In this document: in pieces, positions 37,406 to 48,641 of the stretch | Numbering within the stretch: the first letter of the stretch is position 1 | Layout: every line of letters begins with the position of its first letter | DNA from: Pavona decussata | Taxonomy: Eukaryota | Reading direction: 5' to 3' | Assembly: GCA_977016875.1 (NCBI GenBank) | Contig: CDRNST010000141.1 | Coordinates: forward strand, 806,001 to 870,000 | Length of the DNA stretch: 64,000 nucleotides | Position numbers and translations under genes: made by a program | The notes under the pieces: model-generated | What the model saw: the letters and a program-made list of their open reading frames with translations, nothing else | The model's database searches: none | What the model was told of the DNA's origin: nothing

Positions 37406-37621
37406 TCAACGTTTCTTGGCGGGATCTATGTTACTTTTGGAGGCTTCCCAGTATTCATCGACTACATTTTCAGTGGCGGTGGGGTCTCTGCGGTCCCTGT
37501 GCAGTCGGCTTTCGCTGTGGTGTCGTCCACTGCGTTTCCTTCGCCCTTGGCTGTTAACGGTGGCGGTTAACATCAGATTAACCAGTAACAGAACAAGTAA
37601 GAGATATACCACTTTTGCCAT
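37406..37621 (-). CDS. Secreted Arg-rich peptide precursor, copy 3 (71 aa)
   Basis: MAKVVYLLLVLLLVNLMLTATVNS | QGRRKRSGRHHSESRLH | RDRR | DPTATENVVDEYWEASKSNIDPAKKR. Confidence 0.85.
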   Translation of the reverse strand: MAKVVYLLLVLLLVNLMLTATVNSQGRRKRSGRHHSESRLHRDRRDPTATENVVDEYWEASKSNIDPAKKR

Positions 37622-37749
37622 CTTCACTGCAGAGAGAAGATCATTAAAATGTAGAATGATCGCTGAAACCTGAAACTAATCTTTGTAAGTTTATAACACG
37701 CGCTAATTTATAACAACTAATAATTGTAAATAAGTTTTCTTTTCTTAAT

Positions 37750-38515
37750 TATTAGTCGGGCTTCCAAAGGAAAGCCCGAGGTTTAAAATGGGCACGAGTT
37801 TATTCTCCAGTCGCAAATCGCCCTCTGACGTCTTCTGCGCGTGCGCAAGGTTAAAAGAGGTCAGCGGAGCACATGATCTGTTTACAAAGCTTCAGTGAAG
37901 CGAAGCCATCTGTCTTCAGTGGAACGTCAGGGATTGCAGGCTTGAATATACGCTAAATCCATCGTAGACCCACACTAAACATGACGAGTGTCTATTCATT
38001 TTATTGAGTTTATCTTACTTTGTTTTTATCATGATCTCTACAATTATTGTAATCGCTTATGTAGTAGCAGGTAGTAGGCAAGCGCTTGATGTTGTATGTA
38101 GATGGCTATGCAGAGACCGTTGTTATTTCGACATTTGATAATTGTGGTATCTTAGACAAAGCTATTTAGTTAACCGGAATTCTATACAACGATTCAATTG
38201 TGACAACAAAGGTGGGAAAAGACATGAGATCTCGCTATGCGAAGTATGTTTATTGTAATTATTCTCATGTGAGGATATGCAAACAGCGCAAAGAAGAAGC
38301 AAAAAGCTTAGGGACATTGTCTATGATATCTTCGTTCAAATACACCCAAATCCTCTGGATTGCATGCTTAAAAAAAGGCACAACAACATCGAAAGAAAAC
38401 CGTTTGTTTAACAGTGTTATTGTCTGTGTTGTTAGGCAAATGGGGACACTAACGTGACATGCCAAGTTCATTTCCATACGGAGAAGCCCGAGTACACGCA
38501 GTTATGCGTCTAGTT
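37750..38515 (+). mobile_element. Non-autonomous Helitron/Helentron-like element in the intron of peptide copy 3
   Basis: 5' hairpin tcgggcttcc-aaa-ggaaagcccga; subterminal inverted gaagcccga near the 3' end, then hairpin acgca-gtta-tgcgt and CTAG; T-rich insertion site; absent from the copy 1 intron. Confidence 0.65.
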
Positions 38516-39528
38516 ATGTAATAGTTCACACTGTGGCCGACTCCCACTCCCCTCTCCCCAGGTTGCGCTCGCCGTTACCAACTAAGATGGTGGGGGTTGG
38601 TAAGTTAAAGCACCCAACGAATCATTTTGTATAGGCTTACTCAAATATGTCTTTATAGGGACAGAAAAAGATCTGGGAACACAGGAGGCTGTTTGCTTTA
38701 AAATTTCTTGTTGCCTGACCTAGCTTGGTTTATTGAAGTTCACAGTTACAGTCTCACGTATTGGATACGTACTGGAGTCTCGCCGGATCATACAATTGAC
38801 TGATTAGTTGATCATTTTCAGAACACAGATCACCGCTCACACCCAATTTGTAACAGGTGAAAGTTGGGCGAACGAGCAGCAAAGTATTGGTGATGTATTG
38901 GCTGAAGTACATTTTATCCGCTGGATAGCAAATATCCACTAAACAAGTGGGGCCAGATGTTTGGTTCCCAGGCAATTTCTCGAAGACTTTACTTTTTTGG
39001 ATACAAAACGAATAAAGGAGGTCAGAGAAACATTAATTAATGTCAGTTGCCGAATGGTGATAGGATACATGTATTTTCACAGTTCTAGTTTATCAAGCGC
39101 AATTCAGCGAAACCTCGTCGCGACATGGGGGAATTCTACTGGATGAGCCTAAGGTGATTCCTTTGAAATAAAAGTAGTCGTAAGAGTTTTCTCACACTTT
39201 CTGTGATCTTTTAACTATTATGCATCGCTTCAAAAACTTGAATAAAAAATTTTGTTAGGTAACCGTGCCACAGCGGAGTAGTGGGACACTCAAGTTACCC
39301 CGTGTATAATTGTTTGTACCAATGTCAGGTGGGAACGGAAATTACATTGATAAAGCAGAACTTCAAAAAATCGTTTTATATAAGCAGCAATTAAAGATAA
39401 ATTTCTTAGTAGGAAATCACAATATGAACCAGTATTTATCATTTGTTGCGTGCGTGTTCTCAGTGTCATTACGTTATGTTGGTAAAACGAAAATATTCGA
39501 GGGCTGCGTGGTACTCATATAAAGGCTA

Positions 39529-39700
39529 TGAAAGTTGAGTAAATGGTGGAGAATTTGAAAAACCTCCAGACTTTTTAGCCCTTCATCAGTGAAGGCAAGT
39601 GAAAATCTTAACTTAAATTACACTGAGGAAGGGCTAAGCTAGAAACGTCTAGAATGTTTTTTAATTTTTTGGCACTTCTCCACCATTTACTCAACTTTCA
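39529..39700. mobile_element. Inverted pair of Penelope-type pseudo-LTR fragments with hammerhead-like cores
   Basis: tgaaagttgagtaaatggtggagaa / ttctccaccatttactcaactttca inverted; + strand CTGAGGA-agggctaagcta-GAAAC-GTC at 39623-39649; minus strand CTGATGA-agggctaa at 39589-39575. Confidence 0.6.
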
Positions 39701-39946
39701 GTTACTCGCGGGGGGTGAGCAAGTTCGCGTTTCTGTTTTCTTAAGAAAATTCAATGTAAAGGGAATAATGATTATGATAAAATCAGGAGATAAATAAGGA
39801 TAGGTCATGCTACTTGCTTAGGAGAAATAACCATTTAGTAATTAGCTGGGCTTAGCAGGTGAAGGCGTGAAGCTCACAATGTTTCTAATGCGCGCGCACT
39901 GATAATGCAAGAACTTGTGGGCTGTGAAAACGCCTTATGCCATTAT

Positions 39947-40117
39947 CTAGACCGCAAGCAGTCCCTTTCTGGGTAGTTGAGAGGGTGCGCTCACAGCGCA
40001 GCGAGACTGGAGTGAGGAGACATAAAGCCTCCCTTCGCTCGTTCGCTCAAATTTTTTCGCGCTCGCTTATTTCGCACGACCTCTCGACTATCCAGAAAGG
40101 GACTGCTTGCAGTCTAG
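39947..40117. mobile_element. MITE with ~35-bp TIRs
   Basis: ctagaccgcaagcagtccctttctgggtagttgagagg / cctctcgactatccagaaagggactgcttgcagtctag; absent from the paralogous site at ~32690. Confidence 0.8.
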
Positions 40118-40521
40118 CCAATCTCGACTCCAGAGCTCTTCCCTTCTGCGCAGTTTAATGGAACCACTATCTTTGGAGATTTAGGAGCAGATAGTTGGGT
40201 CAGGAGGATGTCAAATCGGGTGAACTTACTAACCCAACTATCTGACACGGTCTCCGAGGACGTGGGATCACCTCTGAACTGACTTGAATGATGTGAAATC
40301 AGTGACAATCTAGTTGTCCGTGAAAGGTCAAAATCTTAGCTTCGGTTGTCTATAGTCCGAAATTCTTATATTTTGGAAAACACCTCGGTTTACAATTCTT
40401 GGCCCCTTGCCGTGTATCAAGATAGGCCTTCATGATGCACCGTTTTCACGCAATTTTTTACGAGTTTGCATGTAATGCCACAAAAGTGAATCCAAAGTTT
40501 CTAAAATAAAAAAATACTAAC

Positions 40522-40963
40522 CCCTGCCTACGTTTCCAACTTGCTTTGGGGTAAATCAAAGCAGCAAGCAGTAGTTTCCCAGTATTGCGTAGAAGCGAAC
40601 CTCGCCTTAACTTGATCAACAGCGAAATTTAAATTGAGATCAAGACAAGGCCTCTTTTGAATTCAGCTATTGCGTGTTGAAATCGTACATTTTTTATCTT
40701 GACCTGTCAACGCTTCTCTGATCTGCGAGTGCATTTGCACGAATCCATGTGGACCGAGCCGCAAATGATCGGGGCCCCCAACCTGAAATGATTCCCAGAG
40801 TGAAAAGTAATAGAAATGCTCCGTTTACCGGGGCAATGAAAACATTCCATACCCTGTCAATATAAATAACACTGCGCCTTGAGTTCAAAAAGTACATGCT
40901 GTGAGATTGACGAAAAGATCTCTGCTGCATGTTAAGCCCGCTGTTAAGTCGGCGAGGATTTCC
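40522..40963 (-). promoter_or_regulatory. Exon 1 and promoter of peptide copy 3 (TATA degraded)
   Basis: Donor GG|GTTAGT at 40522; TTCAAAAG at the TATA-equivalent position (40661-40654); GAGGATTTCC at 40954-40963. Confidence 0.55.
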
Positions 40964-41863
40964 ATTCAAGGAAAGTCAAAACGCGTGTTCGTGCCCTGCA
41001 TTTTGGTAACAAAATGAGGTGAATTAAGAGGGGACTGAACTGTAAAAAGTACATTTGACGTGATATTTAATTAAACGAAATGGTAAATAAGGGCAAACGA
41101 ATGAGGGTATCTGCTCTCTTCTGTTCCAGACGAAAGAGATTTGGCAGGAAGGCAAAAGGAATACTACATGCTCTGATAATTTATGATTCTCTTTGCCGTC
41201 CAAATGGGCGATGATTAGTTCGTGCAATTAAGAACAAAACACACACTCCACTTTGGTTGGTAGAATGGTTTTAACTAAGAAAAGAGAAAGAAAAGATTGT
41301 CCGCTGTTCATTTGAAACCTGGTCACCATAATTTCGCTTCCTGGTGATCACTTGTAACGGATTGTGTTTCAGTTCTGGTCTTGACCGCAGCAATCTCTAA
41401 CACAAAAAGTCACGATGTAGCAGATAAAGTGAAAACCGAAAAGGTTAGGGCAAAGTTATCACACCTGGAAAAAGACAAACTCAATTCAATTGGCAATTAA
41501 CGAATTAAGAAATAGAGCGGGAAAACGCGCCCGAGGTATTGAGAAACACACAATTTGGCTTTTAATTCCTTTTAGTAGAAAAAAAATCGTAGGAGGAATT
41601 TTAACCAATCAAAGTTTAGTTAAACAAAAGCAAAACAAACATTGCACTTGAAAACTACTCAGGACCGGCTGTGTGGACATTCTCTGCGTCTGCACTCTTT
41701 CCCAGAGTTGTTCATAAGAAATTGGCGCGTTGACTGAATAGACCCTTTCATGAGAAATTTGCACCCTTCCCCGGCAATTCAATTCATATCCTGAAAAGAT
41801 TTTGGTAAAGTGACTGAAATGTCGCCTTCCCAAGACTCCAATTCAGTTCATATCATAGACAGT

Positions 41864-42637
41864 TCATTGTCGTGTTGCGTGAGACTTTCCTTTCCTTAGA
41901 TAGCGGCAATCCTCCAGTTCATCGCACCAAGCCCCAAAAGTCGTCTTGCTTGTCCCAGCACCTTCACAGCTTGAAACTCTCACGTCTTTCAATCTCTGGT
42001 ACTCCTGTGTTTCTTTTCTCTGTAATGGCGTTCTCATACAGCATTGGTGTATTGGTGGTAACACAAGTGGTGGTAGTATGTCTGATAAGGCTCTTGGTCG
42101 TTTTAATTTCGCCTCTCCGATGCCCGAGTTGGTCATATGTTCGGTATCATAAGCAATACTCACTCCATTATTTCTCTCTCTATCAATCTGCGCATGGTTA
42201 ATGATAGGAGGATTTCTTTCCTTTGAAATCCAATTTACATATGCAGCCTCTCTCCATTTGCTTTCCCAGTAGCGCTGACCACCACACCATACCAAACTCG
42301 AAGACTCTTGTTGTGAATAACTTCTGCATCGATTCAGAGATTTTCCAGGCGCACCTTTGAAATCCGATACTCTGTGCCACTGGTCATTGCGTGTGCTTTG
42401 ATTATTTCTCTCAATTTTCTGCGATTCAGTTTTTCGCTGCAGAAGTTTCTGTTTTTGATGTTGAAAGTGCAGCTCTTTCACCGTCCTTTCTTTGTTGAGT
42501 TGTCGGGTAAGCTTGTCCAACGTCATTTTTCCAAAGGTGTTTCTCGTCAAAAGATGTCGCACCAAACCGCTTGATATCGGCTTCGATTCGTTGGAGCGTT
42601 CTTCTGAATGAATACCTCCGATTTTCTTGTTTTCCAT
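41864..42637 (-). CDS. Intronless coiled-coil / LPPI / CRYLR protein (257 aa), family member A2
   Basis: Intact ORF, near-identical to 34314-35096 apart from a 3-aa in-frame indel and scattered substitutions. Confidence 0.8.
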   Translation of the reverse strand: MENKKIGGIHSEERSNESKPISSGLVRHLLTRNTFGKMTLDKLTRQLNKERTVKELHFQHQKQKLLQRKTESQKIERNNQSTRNDQWHRVSDFKGAPGKSLNRCRSYSQQESSSLVWCGGQRYWESKWREAAYVNWISKERNPPIINHAQIDRERNNGVSIAYDTEHMTNSGIGEAKLKRPRALSDILPPLVLPPIHQCCMRTPLQRKETQEYQRLKDVRVSSCEGAGTSKTTFGAWCDELEDCRYLRKGKSHATRQ

Positions 42638-43348
42638 TCAAGGAATTCACGGAGACTTTCTGGAATTACTTTTGGAACGCACCGAGATACATATATCTTT
42701 TCAGTTATCTTTTGTCTCACCAAATTAAGTTGTATTCTCTGTTGATATACTAATACAACTTGATACAGGCACAACCGGGTAAACAGTGGGGTTTCGCAAC
42801 TGTCGTCGGTGACGCACTGAAACACATGCCCAAGAGGTAAAATTTAACCAGGAGAGGGATCCATGCACGGAAGCTACAATTCATACCAATGGGAAAAGTC
42901 ATCTGTCCCTGCATTTGCTTTTGTATCAACTGAAGGAAGGTTACCTATTTTCAGTATATTGAAAGTGAGCGTGTAATAACGTGACACACTCAGTATTACA
43001 GAACTTTCTACGTTCCCGATCGCTTTTCTAAACTGACATAAAGCTCAGATATCCACAAAAACCCCAATATTATTAATTACCCTCTATACTTTAATTTATC
43101 GCCTATTTAGCTTTATACTTGAGTAAGATTTCATCGACAACCCACAACTTGGACTTCGTTTATACTGACTCGCTCCAGCACGAGCTTACTGTTATTCTCA
43201 ATTGAACATCTCAAAACCTAATAAATTGGTATAAGTGTTCTACCTCCCCCACCCTTCTTCTCCCCCTTACCTCCACTCACTGTACTTATACCCTATGGTG
43301 TGTCGCAAGAGCTCAAAAAACAGAAAAAATCTTGAGACTAGCTAGGAG

Positions 43349-43740
43349 GTCAGGGGGGAGGGGGTTACTTCCTTATAAGAGGCTAATGGGGATGTGCCGC
43401 TGGATGGGGTCGCATTTTCACGACTGGATTGACTAGAATGGGGTCGCATTTTCAATAGAGTTACTAGAATGGGGTCGCACATTTTCGGATTTTTGGGGTC
43501 AGAAAATTCTATTAAGTAGGGATTCAAAATGGTCTCGGTTAAAAAGTTCAGAAAGTTGTTGTTTATGCATAAATAGAAAGTGACTTAGTTGGGATCGCAA
43601 AAATTACATTTTCCCAAAAAGTGACTTAGATGGGGTCTATAACTGGCCACAAAATAGACTATAATGGGGCAGGGGCCCTTAGAGGCCAGCGGCACATACC
43701 CAGCAAAACTTAACCCAAGTACCCCCCCCCCCCCCCCGGG
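43349..43740. mobile_element. MITE with G/C-run termini
   Basis: Absent from the paralogous site at ~35792 (gctaggagctaccc); internal ggggtcgcattttc repeats; ends gtaccccc...ccgg. Confidence 0.75.
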
Positions 43741-44897
43741 GAGCTACCCTGAGCTTGCTTGGAGCCACTCTCACAAGGTTTCCAGTTTCGGTCGAAGGCT
43801 CTCCAGCTGATCCTAAGTCCACGCGGCGCGAGAGGAAAAACCTTTTGTACCCAGGTTAGCTAGAAGCCGGAGTGAGTCTTGTTTGAACAAACTTTAAGAA
43901 ACTCAGAGGTGAATGTGGCTACGTTAGTGAGAGCAAGCGGTTGTTGCCAAAAGACTTGGTTAGATCAATTTCAGAATTTATACACACCGTATTTTATCAA
44001 AAGATTTTAACTGATGGACCAAGGGTAGTCAATCGATAAACAAATAATCGATACCGGTCGATATGATATCGATTGCCGACAGCAATCGGTGAAAATCAAT
44101 AAAGAAAAAAGTTGTGAGTTTTGGTATCGATTATCATCCAAAACACTTTTTGTCTTTCTATCCCCCGAGTGCCCCTGGTTCTACCCCTGACTGGTAAAAT
44201 CACTGACACGGTTTGTCTGCATCAGGCATGCAAGAGTTCTACATTCAATCATCAACAAAATACCAGGAGCATAAACAACTTTACTGACCTCTAGAAGGAA
44301 AAATGCCGAATCAAAGCAAATTATTGTCGCGTGTTAATGGGATTTCACGCTTGACATCTAAAAGCTCTGACCTCTGAACAAAGCGCAACAGTTCACGCTT
44401 ACAATATATAGTGTCAACGGCTGATACAAAGTAGTGCAGGACGAGAATCCAGAACAGGGTGTTTGGTTTGTGTTTTGCTTGATGTCCGACTTGCATCCTA
44501 AACAAGGTGGTCTTTATAATTTAACCGCAAACATGTTTACTGATGAATTTTCTAAGCTCTGGCACCTACGAAAGCGGCAAGCAAAGCTAAGCGTTTAATC
44601 TGGTAATTAATCTTCTACTGAACACTCTTCATCTAATCTGGGTGACAAATCTGAATTGCGGCAAAAGGAACGGTGTTATTGGTCCGGAGAATCATTAAAA
44701 TCAAAGGTATTAGGATAATCTAATCAAAACACAAGCGGAATCTTCTCTGCCACTCACATACATAATTAAAAAATGCGTTTAAGTTATGCAACGTTTTAGG
44801 AATTTGAAAAAACAGTGAAAGTAATCCACAGTAAGTCCGTTCGCAACAGTCATTTCACGGCCAAGTTCGTCAGATCAGTCAGTCAGATGTCAAGAGG

Positions 44898-45510
44898 ATG
44901 GACTTTGAAAAAGAAATGCAAAAGTCTTTAAGGGTCATTTTTCAAAATATTCAAGCCTTGGAGGAGAGAAGAGAAAAAACACCAGCCAACTTGGTTGATC
45001 GAGATACGTGTGTTAAACGACAGCAGCGAAAACTCAGCGTACCTGTTCAGGGATCTTCTTCCAAATCTGTCGGGAAGTCGGCAACATTGATCCCGCGAAA
45101 GAAGCGTGGTTTTAGCGTTTAAAGCAGAACAGAGCTTGGTAAAGTTAGTAAAGTTCCAACTAAAGCAAGTAACCTAATAATTAAGCATTCATCTCAACTG
45201 AAACTTTGTGGAATGCAATCGACGGCCTTGTTGTTTACCTCGGTCATTTACCAATCATCAAAACTGCAGTGGGCTTCAGTGCAAGTGAAGTTGTTCCTAG
45301 TGCTGTGTGGAACGGAACCTTTTCTGGATTGTTGATTTTTCCTCGTTGGGCTTTGAACAAGACAATCTGCTCAGTTATATGAACAACAGGACTTGGGAAT
45401 GGATTTGACCTGTGCGCGCAATACTGAGGAACTGAATAACCCGTTGAAACAAGGCGATAAATTATCAGACTTTTATAAGCGCAAAGCACTCCTTCCGTTG
45501 TCGAACTGAG
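44898..45510 (+). pseudogene. Probable decayed small basic-protein gene
   Basis: MDFEKEMQKSLRVIFQNIQALEERRE...RKLSVP...RKKRGFSV*; coding-like sequence continues through stops (DLTCARNTEELNNPLKQGDKLSDFYKRKALLPLSN). No family recognised. Confidence 0.3.
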
Positions 45511-47114
45511 GCTGAACTTTTAAAATTTTGTTAAGGATTTGAAACATTGGAACGTTAAGAAATCCGTCGTGTTCCTGGAAATTAAGAGCGTGTTTTGCAG
45601 TATAATCACCTACCAACCAGCTACAAAACAGTTTTCAGTGTTATCGATATCAAACTACTAACGCTGATTTTAAAAATAGGCTAGGGGACGCGCGCAGTAT
45701 TTCAGTAATGTGAATGTGAATGTCCGGCATGGTATTAAAATGCCATTTGTCAAAGCAGGTTCGGTATTCCGTCGAATTTGGACACAGTAATTCTGGTGTC
45801 AGGCTTAAATTTTCTTCTCCAACCCCCCCACTTTGTGATGATGTTTTTCAAATATTGACATTTCTCAGGCTCACGGCTGTCCTGATAAAATCAGTTCTTT
45901 GAAAGACGTGTATTAACTGATGGAGCGGCTTAGAATAAAAATACATTGTTGATCTAAATTAAGAGCTGCTTTTCTCAGTATTCATTTTTCTTGCAGTGAC
46001 ACTTTCAAGGATTAAATGTACTGTGTACACAACTGAGCATGAGCAAGACCTGGGACCAGTTCAATAAAATTTTCATCCTTGTAGCTAACAGTGAGCCCTT
46101 GTTATTAAACGCGTATGTAGAAAATGAGCCAACAAACATTGGCAGAGGTCTGTAACGAGGATTCATTAGTAAACCTCGTTTTTTTAACTCCTCGTTGTGT
46201 TTCTTATTAAGTGCGCACGTAAAACCGACCTCCTAGATTGCAGACTACAAGTGCAAAGCGAGCAAGCGCAAAAACTGCCTCCCACGAGGACAAGCAACGC
46301 GCGGGAGGCAATGTTTGCGCATGCTCGCTGGTTTTGCTTCACTTTGTTTAAGGGACTATTAATAGTCTAATTTTCTTGTGAAAAAAGACTGGGTAATTTT
46401 CCCACTTTGATGGAGGGATAGTTAAGGTTTACCACGCGCCTGTTTGTGTTTTCTTCACTGGAGAGAGATGGAGATCTGCGCACGCAATTTGCGTTATTCT
46501 CAAAGAGTTGTAACCAAAATTGCAGATCATAAAGTTCCGGCTAAACACAACCATGAGCCCTATAGCACCTAGGGCAGACAGGGAATCTGAGAGCATCGGT
46601 CTTTAGAAAACTGAATGCTTTCAGAAAACAAGGAAACAACTTTGCGTCCAAGCAACGAAAATAAAGGTTAAACATTGCGGATTGCATAGAATGCTTCAGC
46701 GGCTTCAGCCGAGGGCTCACTTTAGGGAAACGCACAGATCTTAAAGATTGTTTATTGAAACGTCGGTAACAGGGGCATTTTGAAATGAAAACAAAAAATC
46801 TTGAAAACAGCAACGACTTACAGCGATTTAAAAGAACAAAACATTTTTTAACTGATTCGATAACATGTTCCGACAGAAACTTCTGTCAACTCTAAGGGAT
46901 ATGCCGCTTATGGCTGAACTGATCACAATCGATCACTTGGAAAATGGCGTAGTGTCTGAAAATTACGTCGTGAAAATTGAACGATATTTTGGTCTAAAAA
47001 CAAAAATAAAACTAGGTAGGGCAAATCACACACTTTGGATAACAGGCAGACCCGGTACCGTCAACAAAAATTTTGAAGAGTATCTCCTTCCGATCGATTC
47101 AGCCGAGTTCAGAG

Positions 47115-47174
47115 CAACCTCGTTCCCAGGGCCAACCTACAATTTACAAGGGAAAAGCCCTGGGAACGAGGTTG
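47115..47174. mobile_element. 60-bp palindromic mini-MITE with 9-bp TSD
   Basis: caacctcgttcccaggg / ccctgggaacgaggttg flanked by agttcagag and agtttagag. Confidence 0.8.
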
Positions 47175-47669
47175 AGTTTAGAGTGATAAAGAGTCGTAGA
47201 AAGATTTCAGACTGAAAGGTGACGGCATCTATTTTTGGAAAACAAAGTGCCTAAAACATGGAAATTTCGGGAAGAATTTACAGCAGACTTATTTTAGAAC
47301 AGATATAATGAAATCGAGAACTTTACGATACTACCTAGGAATTTAAAGAATGCAAACAAACGCTCATTGCAAATCGATACAAATCCTTTAACTTTTTTTT
47401 AATAACATGAACTGTTAATACTTGACCCTAAGCCACAATCCGTCTATTGTAAATCTTGACATGTGGGGTAAATTAATTGATATTATACTTGTTTCGTCAC
47501 ATACTGCCTAAATCAAACTTATTAAGAATGTTGAAAGGCAAACTGAGCATAACATAAAAACATCATATATTATTCTACTTCACAGAGTTTTAACTACAAA
47601 CTCGCACCCCTGCGATTTGACGTCATTTTCACTGGGTCAACCAGTGGCAAACAAAAATTTTTGTGCACC

Positions 47670-48641
47670 TAATAAGGTATCTTTCAGATCTTTTGCTGTA
47701 CACGGATTACAAGCAAGGGGATCAGTAATTATTCAGTATTTTTAGCAAACGTATTATGGCCTAATCCCCTAAGTTCACTATATTTAGAATTACGTGACTT
47801 GAAGAACCTCTTGGATCTTGCTCGTCTTTGCCATTCGACTGCCTGTATAGTCAAGTCAATTTTGTTCTTAGCGAGCTGGAAGTTCACGGCAATAAATGTT
47901 TCCCATATATATCGCGCTGTACGTATCTGACACTGGAAGAGCTCTACCTTATTTGCCCTGTCTGGTTCTCTGGGCACGTCGTTATTGTAATACATGTAAA
48001 TGAAAAGTTCTTACTCTTCTTTTAAAGTTCTCTTGGCGAACTTACGTTTTATAAGAAAAATAGCCCATGTATTCAGTCTTGTTTCCGCTTTCCAGACAAA
48101 CGTCTTTCGCCCCAATTTCTTCAGCGTCTCGCTTTGTCTACCGGAATATGTATGCTGAAGGTTAAATCGGTGGTAAAGCACAACTCGAAGATCGCACACT
48201 TGTTGACCTGTCCCGCTGAGGAAGAAGGTTTAATCCATCTCTGTTGTTCGTCGAAATGGAGAAAATGGACTCGTGAGAAGAACACAGAGTTGGCTTGCTT
48301 GTCGATAGAAATCCTTTGTTTCTTGGTAGTCCAGTGTACAAAGGTGTATCACTACTAACTTCCCATTTGTTCTCATCCTCTATTTGGGAAGTCCTTTTAC
48401 TCGCAGTGCGTAACCGTTCATAAGGCTCGCTTAACCGAATCTCTTGCATTCTAGAATGACGTTGAAGAAGCAGTTCTTTTTCCCTCTGAAAAGATCTCTC
48501 CTCCTTTGTTTTGGCTTTCTCTAGCAGAAAAGACTTCTTTCTCAAGATAACTTTCTCGTGCGCGTTTCTTGTCATCAGGTAACTTGCACTCTTTGTAGAT
48601 AAAACAATTTCGGGTAAAACATCATTGTAAGCGCACATCAT
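47670..48641 (-). pseudogene. Coiled-coil/CRYLR family member B1, truncated (159-aa ORF 48162-48641) with decayed tail
   Basis: LMTRNAHEKVILRKKSFLLEKAKTKEERSFQREKELLLQRH; stop directly after LPPI while homology to the 52057 paralog continues (KDVCLE vs KSVCLE); frameshifted KDLKD/RYL remnant at 47674-47694. Confidence 0.7.

Noticed and set aside
46865-47215. 116-aa ORF
   Set aside because: Runs through a palindromic mini-MITE and has no recognisable domain; probably fortuitous.
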